From assembly GCA_051746725.1 (NCBI GenBank), contig JBNJFI010000001.1, positions 23,359 through 87,358 of the forward strand: a stretch of 64,000 nt of DNA, given 5' to 3'. Source of the DNA: Fusobacteriota bacterium. Its GTDB lineage: Bacteria; Fusobacteriota; Fusobacteriia; Fusobacteriales; JBNJFI01. This document shows positions 30,263-39,866 of the stretch, piece after piece (position 1 is the first letter of the stretch; the number at the start of each line of letters is the position of its first letter). The notes beneath the pieces were generated by a model, which saw only the letters and a list, made by a program, of their open reading frames with translations, searched no databases and had not been told where the DNA came from. The position numbers were made by a program, and so were the translations under genes.

Positions 30263-31063
30263 TTATTTCTTTTTTGTTCCCTCTTTTAATTCTTTTACAA
30301 AATTATATATTTTTTTCTTAATTAACTCTTTATCTTTAATATTTTCTTCTATATTTTTAACTATTGCACTTCCTACAATGACAGCATCTGCATATTCAGA
30401 TATCTCTTCAACTTGCTCTCTGCTGGAAACACCAAAACCAACTCCAACAGGTAACCCTGATTTTTCTTGTACCTGTTTTACCATTTTTGATAATTTTTTA
30501 TTCACTGTTGTTCGGGCTCCAGTTACACCTGATACAGATACAAAATACACAAAACCACTTGATTTTTCTGACACAATATTTAATCTCTTTTCATTCATAG
30601 TTGGAGATATTAAAAATATATTATCTAAATCTCCTTTATAATTTAAAAATTCCTCTGCTGCTTCTGGAGGTAGGTCTGGTATAATTGTTCCATTTAATCC
30701 AACTTCTTTTGCTTTTTTGGAAAATTTTTCTACTCCATAAACAAAAATGGGATTATAGTAACTCATAAAAATAAAAGGTGTATCTATTCCCTCTTCTCTT
30801 AGTTCAGAAACCATTTCAAATCCATCACGTAATGAAAATCCATTTTTCAAAGATCTTTCTGCTGCTAATTGTATTGTTGGTCCATCTGCCATTGGATCAG
30901 AAAATGGAATTCCTATTTCAACTATATCTGCTCCAGCATCAATTAAAGTCTTTATAATCTCTTTGCTTGTTTTATAATCTGGATCTCCCCCGGCTACATA
31001 TGTTATTAATGCTTTTTCGTCTTTTTCTTTTAGTACTTTAAATTTTTCTTCTATTGTCATCAT
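30263..31063 (-). CDS. trpA: Tryptophan synthase alpha subunit
   Basis: [43 protein letters not shown]. Confidence 0.97.
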   Translation of the reverse strand: MMTIEEKFKVLKEKDEKALITYVAGGDPDYKTSKEIIKTLIDAGADIVEIGIPFSDPMADGPTIQLAAERSLKNGFSLRDGFEMVSELREEGIDTPFIFMSYYNPIFVYGVEKFSKKAKEVGLNGTIIPDLPPEAAEEFLNYKGDLDNIFLISPTMNEKRLNIVSEKSSGFVYFVSVSGVTGARTTVNKKLSKMVKQVQEKSGLPVGVGFGVSSREQVEEISEYADAVIVGSAIVKNIEENIKDKELIKKKIYNFVKELKEGTKKK

Positions 31064-32241
31064 AAATTTACCCCCAATGTCTCTGCAACTGTGTTCATAT
31101 CTTTATCGCCACGTCCAGATAGATTTAATATGATAATATCATCTTTTTTGACAAATTTCTTCATCTCCATCAAATATGCTATTGCATGTGAGCTTTCTAA
31201 AGCCGGTATAATTCCTTCTTCTTCTGTTAAAAATTTAAACCCCTCCATTGCCTCATCATCTGTAACTGAAACATATTTAGCACGTCCAATTTCATGGAAA
31301 TAACTGTGTTCAGGTCCTACTCCGGGATAATCTAACCCAGCAGAAATAGAGTGTGTCTGTAATATTTGACCATTTTCATCTTGTAGCAAAAAAGTTTTAT
31401 TTCCATGTAAAACCCCAACGGTTCCACCTGTAATTGATGCAGAGTGTTCCCCTGTTTCTAGGCCAAATCCCGCAGCCTCAACACCAATCATTTTAACTTC
31501 TTTATCATCTTTAAATGGATAAAATAATCCCATAGCATTACTTCCTCCACCTATACAGGCAAGTAAATAATCAGGAAGTCGTCCTTCTTTTTCCAAAATC
31601 TGTTTTCTTGCTTCAACTCCTATAACAGATTGAAAATCCCGAACCATTTCAGGATATGGATATGGCCCGGCCACAGTTCCGATAATATAAAAAGTCTCAT
31701 CAATATTGGTTACCCAATCTCGTATAGCTTCATTCATGGCATCCTTTAAGGTTTCCGAACCTACCTTTACGGAATTAACCTTGGCTCCTAAAAGTTTCAT
31801 TCTAAATACGTTTAAAGATTGTCTTTTTATATCTTCTGCTCCCATGAATATTTCGCATTCCATATCAAACAAAGCTGCTACAGTAGCTGTTGCAACTCCA
31901 TGTTGACCGGCACCAGTTTCAGCTATTATTCTTTTTTTTCCCATCTTTTTTGCAAGTAATATCTGACCTATAGTATTATTTATCTTATGAGCTCCTGTGT
32001 GATTTAAATCTTCTCTTTTTAAATATATTTTTGCTCCAATTTTCTCACTTATTTTTTCAGCATAATAAAGTGGTGTTTCTCTTCCTACATACTCTTTTAA
32101 ATAGTACTTAAATTCTTTTTGGAAATCTTCATCATTTTTATATTTATTATAGGCTTCTTCTAGCTCATCTAAAGCTGGAATCAAAGTTTCAGGTACATAT
32201 TTTCCACCAAATTGTCCAAAATATTCCTTTTTATTATCCAT
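31060..32241 (-). CDS. trpB: Tryptophan synthase beta subunit
   Basis: [53 protein letters not shown]. Confidence 0.98.
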   Translation of the reverse strand: MDNKKEYFGQFGGKYVPETLIPALDELEEAYNKYKNDEDFQKEFKYYLKEYVGRETPLYYAEKISEKIGAKIYLKREDLNHTGAHKINNTIGQILLAKKMGKKRIIAETGAGQHGVATATVAALFDMECEIFMGAEDIKRQSLNVFRMKLLGAKVNSVKVGSETLKDAMNEAIRDWVTNIDETFYIIGTVAGPYPYPEMVRDFQSVIGVEARKQILEKEGRLPDYLLACIGGGSNAMGLFYPFKDDKEVKMIGVEAAGFGLETGEHSASITGGTVGVLHGNKTFLLQDENGQILQTHSISAGLDYPGVGPEHSYFHEIGRAKYVSVTDDEAMEGFKFLTEEEGIIPALESSHAIAYLMEMKKFVKKDDIIILNLSGRGDKDMNTVAETLGVNL

Positions 32242-32279
32242 TTTATCACTCCATTCATATTGTGTTGATATTTTAATAC

Positions 32280-32308
32280 ATTTTACTATAATTACATATT
32301 TTATTCAA
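32280..32308 (-). promoter_or_regulatory. Putative sigma70 promoter for trpB-trpA-aroA
   Basis: Minus strand TTGAAT-17 bp-TAAAAT. Confidence 0.4.
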
Positions 32309-32316
32309 GTCTATAT

Positions 32317-34905
32317 CTAATTTATTATAGAATTTATCTTTTTTAGTAATTTTTTTTTATTATTTATATTATTGTCAAGTTGATAATAATATAAATTTTT
32401 AAGTAACTTTTTAAAATATTCTCCTGGATCATAACCTAACTCTATCAGATCATTCCCTGTAATAATAGGATTTATATTTCTTATTATATCTATATATCTT
32501 CTTATATTTTTTTCTACTTGGTAATCTCTAGATGTAACTAATAATAGTAATAAAACTTCATCACTGAAATTATTTAATATATCATATATTTCAGAATCCT
32601 TTTTTATTTTCGATAATTTTTTGAATATTTTCCCTCTTTTTTTTCTACCATAATTATATTTATCTATAAACTTTTTTGAAAAAGTAAATTTTTCGAAGAC
32701 TTTTTTAAGTTCACTACTTTTTAATTCTTCTAGTAAAATTAAAAAGTATATTATCCATTGTTTCACATCTAGTTTTTTTATATATTGAAAGTTCTCCTCT
32801 AATTTTTTTAAATCATTTTTTAATTTAGAAGTGAGACTTATATTTTCATTTATAGCACTAAAAACTCCATATTCAAATAATTTATATATCGCTTGTTCTA
32901 CATTTTTTTCACTGAAAATTAACCTGAATTCATATTTTACCCTCTTCCAAGTTAATTCATCTAGAAAACCTTTTTTAATACAATCATATATAAATTTTTC
33001 TGTATCTTCATCTATTTCAAATCCATAACGATTAGAAAATCTTATAGCTCTTATTATTCGAGTTGGATCTTCTATAAAACTTAAATTATGTAAAACATTT
33101 ATCTTTCCAGATTTTAAATCTTCATAGCCATTAAAAAAATCAATTAACTCTCCAAAATTAGAATGATCAATTTCAATGGCCATTGCATTGATTGTGAAAT
33201 CTCTTCTAAATAAATCTTGTTTTATATTACCAAATTCAACTTTAGGTAATGAAGTGGGATACTCGTAATACTCTACTCTAGATGTTGCAATATCAAGCTT
33301 GGTATTATCTTTTAAAACTACTACTGCAGTTTTAAACTTTTCGTGGGTTACCACTTCCTTTGCATCTAGCCTTTTACCTAACTTTTTTGCAAATTCAATT
33401 CCATCTCCTTCAATCACAATATCAATATCATCATTTTCGATATCAAGTAATAGATCTCTAACGATTCCTCCTACCAAAAAAGCTTTTTCCTGTCTCAATT
33501 TTGAAGTTTTTTCAATTATTTTCAAAATATTATATATTTTAGATGGAATCCGATTTTTTATTTTAGATTTTACATCTTCATGAAACATTTTATATTTTTG
33601 AGTACTTTTTTTTCGCTGATTATATAACGTCCTTAATATATCACTTCTAGTAACAATTCCAACAAGTTTTTTTTGAGAATTTAATATAGGGATCCTTCCA
33701 ATTTCATTTTCAATTAATAGCTGTTTTAATCTCTCTACTGGCGTTGAAAGTTTTGCAGTAATTACCTTAGAACTCATATAAATTTCCACTGCTGATTCTC
33801 CAAACCCATGAGAAATAGCTTTATCTAAATCTCTTCGAGATATAATTCCAATAAGTTTTCCTTTGTTTAAAATAGGTAATCCATTATAACCAAATCTCAG
33901 CATTATTTTATATGCTTCTTTTAAAGAAGTATCATGGAAGACTGATTTTACAGGTGAACTCATAATATCCTTCGCAGCCTTTCCAATTTTTATTATTTTT
34001 TTTACTTTCATTTTCAAATTCTCATAAACATCATCAAAGTTAATATTTTTCAAAGAGGCCGACCCAGCATTTACATGCCCTCCCCCATTAAATTCTTCCA
34101 TAATTTCATCCACTCTAACTCCCATGGAACTGCTTCTTCCAATAATCGAGGCCTTATCGTTATTTCCTATTAGAACAAATGCTCCACTTACTCCTTCTAC
34201 TTCTTTTATTTTATTTGTTACTCCATCTATTCCATCTATAAATTCTTCTGTATAATATTTTCCAACAAAAATATCTTCTACAGAAAAATTGAATATTTCT
34301 CCATTTTCCATTAGCTTTAAAAAAACATCAGTTTGCCTTTTTTGCAAAGGATGGGTTATATATTTATTAACTTGTTCTAAATCGGCTCTATTCCTCAAAA
34401 GATATGCAGCCATATCTATATCCTCTGGAGTAGTTGTTATATAAGATAAAGATCCAGTATCTTCATAGATTCCCATCATGCATAAGGTAGCTTCATAATC
34501 TTTTAATTTTAATTTTTTCTGCTTCATTAACTCCATTAATAATACTGTTGTTGCCGATCCATATTCTTCTAAGATTATATTTTCCCCTTTTAGATTTTCT
34601 TTATCTTTTATATGATGATCATAAGCTACTACATTATAATTTTCATTTTCAAAATATTTTTTAAATTTTCCTATTCGGCTTATATTAGCGGTATCAGTTA
34701 ATATCATTTTAGATATATCTTTTATATCAATCTCTCTCCCTCTAAGTATTTTTAAGTAATCTTGATACAAATTTGCAAAAGTTCGTACATTTTTATTAAC
34801 ATTTCCAGAAAAAACTAATTTTGCATTTGGATGTAACTTTTTAGCCAAAATCATTGAAGCTAAACCATCCAAATCTAAATGTATGTGACTAGTTATTATT
34901 TCCAA
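32317..34905 (-). CDS. DHH-DHHA1-CBS-CBS-nucleotidyltransferase fusion (probable A-adding or CCA-adding tRNA nucleotidyltransferase)
   Basis: SHIHLDLDG, YDHH, EDTG, GGGHVNAGS (DHH/DHHA1). CBS pair. VGGIVRD..DIDI, ATSRVEYYEYP, RRDFTINAM, EDPTR. Confidence 0.9.
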   Translation of the reverse strand: MEIITSHIHLDLDGLASMILAKKLHPNAKLVFSGNVNKNVRTFANLYQDYLKILRGREIDIKDISKMILTDTANISRIGKFKKYFENENYNVVAYDHHIKDKENLKGENIILEEYGSATTVLLMELMKQKKLKLKDYEATLCMMGIYEDTGSLSYITTTPEDIDMAAYLLRNRADLEQVNKYITHPLQKRQTDVFLKLMENGEIFNFSVEDIFVGKYYTEEFIDGIDGVTNKIKEVEGVSGAFVLIGNNDKASIIGRSSSMGVRVDEIMEEFNGGGHVNAGSASLKNINFDDVYENLKMKVKKIIKIGKAAKDIMSSPVKSVFHDTSLKEAYKIMLRFGYNGLPILNKGKLIGIISRRDLDKAISHGFGESAVEIYMSSKVITAKLSTPVERLKQLLIENEIGRIPILNSQKKLVGIVTRSDILRTLYNQRKKSTQKYKMFHEDVKSKIKNRIPSKIYNILKIIEKTSKLRQEKAFLVGGIVRDLLLDIENDDIDIVIEGDGIEFAKKLGKRLDAKEVVTHEKFKTAVVVLKDNTKLDIATSRVEYYEYPTSLPKVEFGNIKQDLFRRDFTINAMAIEIDHSNFGELIDFFNGYEDLKSGKINVLHNLSFIEDPTRIIRAIRFSNRYGFEIDEDTEKFIYDCIKKGFLDELTWKRVKYEFRLIFSEKNVEQAIYKLFEYGVFSAINENISLTSKLKNDLKKLEENFQYIKKLDVKQWIIYFLILLEELKSSELKKVFEKFTFSKKFIDKYNYGRKKRGKIFKKLSKIKKDSEIYDILNNFSDEVLLLLLVTSRDYQVEKNIRRYIDIIRNINPIITGNDLIELGYDPGEYFKKLLKNLYYYQLDNNINNKKKLLKKINSIIN

Positions 34906-34942
34906 TTTTATCTCCCTCCACTAATTAAGCCAAATATATTAT

Positions 34943-34969
34943 AAAAAAAGGGCCATAACAGCCCTTTTT
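34943..34969 (-). terminator. Intrinsic terminator
   Basis: AAAAAAAGGGC-cataaca-GCCCTTTTT, just downstream of the glucosaminidase gene. Confidence 0.6.
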
Positions 34970-34976
34970 ATCTAAT

Positions 34977-35780
34977 TTAAATATCCAATTTATATTCATC
35001 ATATTTATATAATTTATTATAGCTTATTATACTTTCAAGTCTTTTTACATATTCCATTCTTAATTCACTATATGATTCTAATTCGGGTATTAATATTTTA
35101 TAATCATCAGTAGATAATCTTTTTTGTCTAAAATCAGAATACATCTTTACCGTAGCTATTCTATAAAAATAATCTTCGACACTTTCAAAAAGATAGTCAT
35201 ATTTTTTCAAATATATTTTTTGGTCTCCCCTAGTCTCACTAGCTTTTATTCTAGGTTCATTTTCATTATAACTCCATAAACCAAAAGCATTATTTGCTTT
35301 TCTAAAAAATCTAGAAGTTCCCCATCCAGTTTCTATTATAGCTTGCCCTAAAGCAATACTTGTAGTATGTGGATTTATTCTAGTTATTAAATCTTTAATA
35401 TCTTTATTTTTTATATTGTATCTTTTTAAATTTTCTTCCAAAAATTGTTTTTCTTTTTTTGTTAAATCTTGCTTACTTTTGATTTTTTGATCTATTTTAA
35501 TTAGTTTTTCTTTTTTATCATTTAGAATTTTTCTGTTTATTGCAATAGATGGCAATAAAAGATTTATAAAAATTTCTTTTTTTTCATGAACTGGTAACTC
35601 ATTTAAATTTAAATCTTTGATAAAATAATTATTTGGTTTAATTGTTTCGTTATTATTAATAAATACATCCTTCTTACTAGTTACAGTTATATTATTCATC
35701 TTGTAAGTATTATTTGAATCCTTAGAAGAGTAAATTAATAACCCTATTGCAAAAAAGAGTAATATTGATATCCTCTTAAT
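34977..35780 (-). CDS. Glucosaminidase domain (GH73/Bax-like) protein, probable ATT start
   Basis: KKEIFINLLLP, QAIIETGWGTSRF..ANNAFG, YSE. The frame extends 27 codons upstream of the track ATG (35699) to an ATT at 35780 behind AAGGAGGG. Confidence 0.8.
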   Translation of the reverse strand: MKRISILLFFAIGLLIYSSKDSNNTYKMNNITVTSKKDVFINNNETIKPNNYFIKDLNLNELPVHEKKEIFINLLLPSIAINRKILNDKKEKLIKIDQKIKSKQDLTKKEKQFLEENLKRYNIKNKDIKDLITRINPHTTSIALGQAIIETGWGTSRFFRKANNAFGLWSYNENEPRIKASETRGDQKIYLKKYDYLFESVEDYFYRIATVKMYSDFRQKRLSTDDYKILIPELESYSELRMEYVKRLESIISYNKLYKYDEYKLDI

Positions 35781-35802
35781 GGTTTCCCTCCTTATTTTAA
35801 AA

Positions 35803-36489
35803 TTAATTATATATTCCTATATAGCTAATTGATAACCCAAAGCTGTCATCTCGTTTTCTCCAAAAAACTTTTGTCCGAATTGAATCTGTTGTATAAAACT
35901 CACCACTTACATTAAATGCATAACGTTTTTCTGGATCTTCATTTTCACTTACTTCAGTAGCGTTTTCTTTATAACTGTAAAATTCACTTAATATTCTTAC
36001 CCTTTCAAAAATTGGAACAGCAAGGCCTACAAAAGAATTTGTTTCTTCATCTTCATCATATTTTAGACCTGTTGATATTTCGACATTAATATTTTGATTC
36101 AAAAAATTTTTAAAGTTCTTGGACATAACAAGATACCCATAAACTTTATCAGCTTCAACAAATCCAATTGCCATTGCTGGGTTATCAGCTTCCTGAACAA
36201 ATTGATATTTAAAATTAGCTTTTAATAAATCCTGATTAATTACTTTATCACTTGTTGACAACTTTAAACCAGCTTCAACTTGTGGGATAAATCCACCTTC
36301 AAGTATAATTCCAAAATCACTGTCAGCTTCTATATGATCAAGCATCCCTGTCACTGTATAATTACTTGTTCGTAGATTATAAGCTGTTGGGTAATCAATT
36401 ATTCCTGTAAATCCTGGAGTACCTGGAACTGCAAACAAAAAAGACGATACTACAAAAAATATTAAAATTTTAATTAGTTTATTCATCAT
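35803..36489 (-). CDS. Putative outer-membrane beta-barrel protein (YjbH-like)
   Basis: Signal peptide [31 protein letters not shown] motif, amphipathic strands, aromatic-rich C-terminus. Start moved to 36489. Confidence 0.6.
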   Translation of the reverse strand: MMNKLIKILIFFVVSSFLFAVPGTPGFTGIIDYPTAYNLRTSNYTVTGMLDHIEADSDFGIILEGGFIPQVEAGLKLSTSDKVINQDLLKANFKYQFVQEADNPAMAIGFVEADKVYGYLVMSKNFKNFLNQNINVEISTGLKYDEDEETNSFVGLAVPIFERVRILSEFYSYKENATEVSENEDPEKRYAFNVSGEFYTTDSIRTKVFWRKRDDSFGLSISYIGIYN

Positions 36490-37501
36490 TTTCTTCCACC
36501 CTCTTTTCAAGTTTTTTTACACGTTTTATTAAATCAGGAATTTTAGTCATTGATATCTTAGTTTTTAAATCTTTTCGGTGATCTTGCAATGGATATCCTG
36601 ACATTTTTGAATTTGATTCAACTTTTTTGCTAACCACTGATCTAGCTGCAATTACAACATTATCTCCTATTTCAAGATGACCTGTAACACCTACTTGACC
36701 TGCAAGTATTGTATTATTTCCAACTTTTACACTACCTGAAATTCCAACTTGCGCTATGATTAAGCAGTCTTCTCCTATTTCATCATTGTGTCCTATATGA
36801 ACTAAATTATCAATTTTAGTTCCATTCTTAATAATTGTATCACCTAAAGCACCTCTGTCTATGGCAGTATTAGCTCCTATTTCAACATTATCTTCTATAA
36901 TAACTTTTCCAATCTGCTCAATTTTTATATGTTTACCCTCACCAGTAGACACATATCCAAATCCATCTGATCCTATAATAGCTCCAGGTTGAATAATTAC
37001 ATTATTTCCTATTTCACAAAATTCTCTTATTGTGGTATTTGGATAAATTATTACATTTTTTCCAATAGTTACTCCTTCTAATATAGTTACATTGGGATAT
37101 ATTTTGGTATTTTCTCCTATCTTCACATTATGTCCTATATAACTACCTGGAGATATCTGAGCAGTTTTATCAATTTCACTTGTTTTTTCTATTGGTTTAC
37201 TAATATTATGTTCCTCTGGTTTAAAATATTTCAATAATTTTGGCAAAATATTCCTAGGATTTGTGTCAATACTAATAAATATCTTATTTCCTATCTGTTT
37301 TGGCTTGCCCTTTAATATTATAACTTTTGCCGCAGTTTTATCTAAATTATTAAGATATTTTCTATCAGATGCAAAGGTTATATCCTTTGCATCTGATTTA
37401 TCAAAAGAGGATATTTTATCTACATAAATATCAGTATTATCCTTAGGAGCTCCTATAATTTTTCCATTAACAAGAGAAGCGATTTCCCTTAGATTATACA
37501 T
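36479..37501 (-). CDS. lpxD: UDP-3-O-(3-hydroxyacyl)glucosamine N-acyltransferase
   Basis: Hexapeptide repeats, [40 protein letters not shown]. Confidence 0.96.
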   Translation of the reverse strand: MYNLREIASLVNGKIIGAPKDNTDIYVDKISSFDKSDAKDITFASDRKYLNNLDKTAAKVIILKGKPKQIGNKIFISIDTNPRNILPKLLKYFKPEEHNISKPIEKTSEIDKTAQISPGSYIGHNVKIGENTKIYPNVTILEGVTIGKNVIIYPNTTIREFCEIGNNVIIQPGAIIGSDGFGYVSTGEGKHIKIEQIGKVIIEDNVEIGANTAIDRGALGDTIIKNGTKIDNLVHIGHNDEIGEDCLIIAQVGISGSVKVGNNTILAGQVGVTGHLEIGDNVVIAARSVVSKKVESNSKMSGYPLQDHRKDLKTKISMTKIPDLIKRVKKLEKRVEENDE

Positions 37502-37513
37502 ATTAATAGCCCC

Positions 37514-38005
37514 CTACTCTAATTCAATTTTTTCAGAACCGGTTAAGAAGTCTATAACTTCTTTTGTTAAATCATCTCCACCGTAATATATAACTGATTT
37601 ATCAAATACAGTATCATATTTTTCTTGTTTAGCTACTTCTTTTATAGCCGTATCTATACCCGATCTTAATTTTTCATACATAGTTTCTTGAAGTACATTT
37701 AAATTTTGTTGCATTTGTTGATATTTAACTTGAAATTTTTCTTGCATTTCTTGTAATTCCTGTTTTTCAGAATCTGTTAAATCTCGATCTTTTTGAGATA
37801 ACTCATTTTGCTTTTCTTCTAGTTTTGTTTTTTCAGAATCTAATTCTTCTTGCAATTCTGCCTTTTTTGTTTCTAAAAACTTTTGAGTACTTTCTGTTTC
37901 CTTACAGTTTTGTAAGACTTTCTGTGTATCCACATAACCTACCCCATTTGCCATTATAGTTAAACTTGCAATTAAACTCATTACTAAAATTAATCTTTTT
38001 CTCAT
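37514..38005 (-). CDS. skp: OmpH/Skp periplasmic chaperone (copy 1)
   Basis: Signal peptide, VGYVD.QKVL, long coiled coil, AIKEVAK...YDTVFD...YYGGDDLT.EV. Confidence 0.92.
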   Translation of the reverse strand: MRKRLILVMSLIASLTIMANGVGYVDTQKVLQNCKETESTQKFLETKKAELQEELDSEKTKLEEKQNELSQKDRDLTDSEKQELQEMQEKFQVKYQQMQQNLNVLQETMYEKLRSGIDTAIKEVAKQEKYDTVFDKSVIYYGGDDLTKEVIDFLTGSEKIELE

Positions 38006-38037
38006 TTCTTTCCTCCTATTTTGATTTTATTTAAAAT

Positions 38038-39330
38038 TTAAAATAATTGTCCCATGTTAAAATGAAATTTTCCATTTGATTCATCTTTGTCTCCCAATGG
38101 CCAACCATAATCGAATCTCAAAGGACCTATTGGTGTATTTGCTCGAATTCCAAATCCATAACTTTTTTTAATATCCTTTAATTTTGAAAAATCTTCAAAG
38201 GATTTCCATGAACGTCCCACGTCAAAAAAACCAACTACTTGAATCGTATCATTGAGTTTATAACGATTTTCAATATTAACATATAGCTCCTCTTCTCCTA
38301 AAAACTCATAGTTTCCGTATCCTCTTAACGAGTTTCCTCCTCCAACATAAAATTGTTGAGACTCTGGAGTAGTATTACTTGCTATTCCTGTAACCATTCT
38401 ATATGTCAAAGTATTATCTTCAGTTATAAATTCATGATATTTTCTCAATTCTAGTTCAATTGTTGTATAGTAATCACCTCCAAATTTTAGACCATTAACT
38501 AAACCTAATCTCGCGTATTCTCCCTCTGTAGCATTTAGATAATTATTACGTGTATCATAATATATGGAAGGATATATTTCAATTATACTAAAATCTCCTC
38601 CATTTTTCAAGTTTTCATCCTCATCGTATTCTCTTACTTTTTCAAGTTTTGTTCCTAATTTTATTCTTATTTTTTCAGTTAAATTTCGTCCCCCTGAAAC
38701 TGTTAATCCAGTTTTTTCAGTATAGCTATCATCTGAATTTTGAATTTCTTTTTTGTAAAGACTTGTACTAAAGGACAATCGATCAGTTCCCTTTATCCAC
38801 GGATCAGAAAAACTTAGTTCATAGGTTCTCTCATCCTTTGATGATATTTCAAAGGATGCTTTTAAATTTTGAGATTTACCTCTGAAATTATTATCTTGAA
38901 TATTTACATTTCCTACAAGACCTACAACTGATCCATAGGAAATTCCTCCACTTATAGAACCACTTTTTTGTTCGTCAAGTTTCAATATAAGAGTTACTTT
39001 ATTTGGGTCCTCTGGATTTTTTTCAAATTCTTGCTTAATATCTTTAAAATATCCCAATCTAAATATATTTTGAATAGTTTTTTGCATATCTTCCATTGTA
39101 ACAGGTTCTCCTTTTTTGAGAACCACTTCTCTTTCTAAAACATATTCTTCAGTTTTTAATCCTTCTCCTTGTGTAGTAAGATCTCTTTTGTTTTTAGAAT
39201 CTTTTTCTACTTTTTCAAATTTTATCCCTTCTAATATTCCTTCATGAATTTCTATAATATCAGTATTATCCTTAGGAGCTCCTATAATTTTTCCATTAAC
39301 AAGAGAAGCGATTTCCCTTAGATTATACAT
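38038..39330 (-). CDS. Chimeric LpxD(1-25)::BamA(last POTRA + barrel) ORF created by the duplication; possibly non-functional
   Basis: First 25 aa are identical to the LpxD N-terminus ([25 protein letters not shown]), joined in frame to IEIHEG... of BamA. No signal peptide. Confidence 0.8.
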   Translation of the reverse strand: MYNLREIASLVNGKIIGAPKDNTDIIEIHEGILEGIKFEKVEKDSKNKRDLTTQGEGLKTEEYVLEREVVLKKGEPVTMEDMQKTIQNIFRLGYFKDIKQEFEKNPEDPNKVTLILKLDEQKSGSISGGISYGSVVGLVGNVNIQDNNFRGKSQNLKASFEISSKDERTYELSFSDPWIKGTDRLSFSTSLYKKEIQNSDDSYTEKTGLTVSGGRNLTEKIRIKLGTKLEKVREYDEDENLKNGGDFSIIEIYPSIYYDTRNNYLNATEGEYARLGLVNGLKFGGDYYTTIELELRKYHEFITEDNTLTYRMVTGIASNTTPESQQFYVGGGNSLRGYGNYEFLGEEELYVNIENRYKLNDTIQVVGFFDVGRSWKSFEDFSKLKDIKKSYGFGIRANTPIGPLRFDYGWPLGDKDESNGKFHFNMGQLF

Positions 39331-39342
39331 ATTAATAGCCCC

Positions 39343-39834
39343 CTACTCTAATTCAATTTTTTCAGAACCGGTTAAGAAGTCTATAACTTCTTTTGTTAAA
39401 TCATCTCCACCGTAATATATAACTGATTTATCAAATACAGTATCATATTTTTCTTGTTTAGCTACTTCTTTTATAGCCGTATCTATACCCGATCTTAATT
39501 TTTCATACATAGTTTCTTGAAGTACATTTAAATTTTGTTGCATTTGTTGATATTTAACTTGAAATTTTTCTTGCATTTCTTGTAATTCCTGTTTTTCAGA
39601 ATCTGTTAAATCTCGATCTTTTTGAGATAACTCATTTTGCTTTTCTTCTAGTTTTGTTTTTTCAGAATCTAATTCTTCTTGCAATTCTGCCTTTTTTGTT
39701 TCTAAAAACTTTTGAGTACTTTCTGTTTCCTTACAGTTTTGTAAGACTTTCTGTGTATCCACATAACCTACCCCATTTGCCATTATAGTTAAACTTGCAA
39801 TTAAACTCATTACTAAAATTAATCTTTTTCTCAT
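39343..39834 (-). CDS. skp: OmpH/Skp periplasmic chaperone (copy 2, identical protein)
   Basis: Translation identical to 37514..38005. Confidence 0.92.
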   Translation of the reverse strand: MRKRLILVMSLIASLTIMANGVGYVDTQKVLQNCKETESTQKFLETKKAELQEELDSEKTKLEEKQNELSQKDRDLTDSEKQELQEMQEKFQVKYQQMQQNLNVLQETMYEKLRSGIDTAIKEVAKQEKYDTVFDKSVIYYGGDDLTKEVIDFLTGSEKIELE

Positions 39835-39866
39835 TTCTTTCCTCCTATTTTGATTTTATTTAAAAT

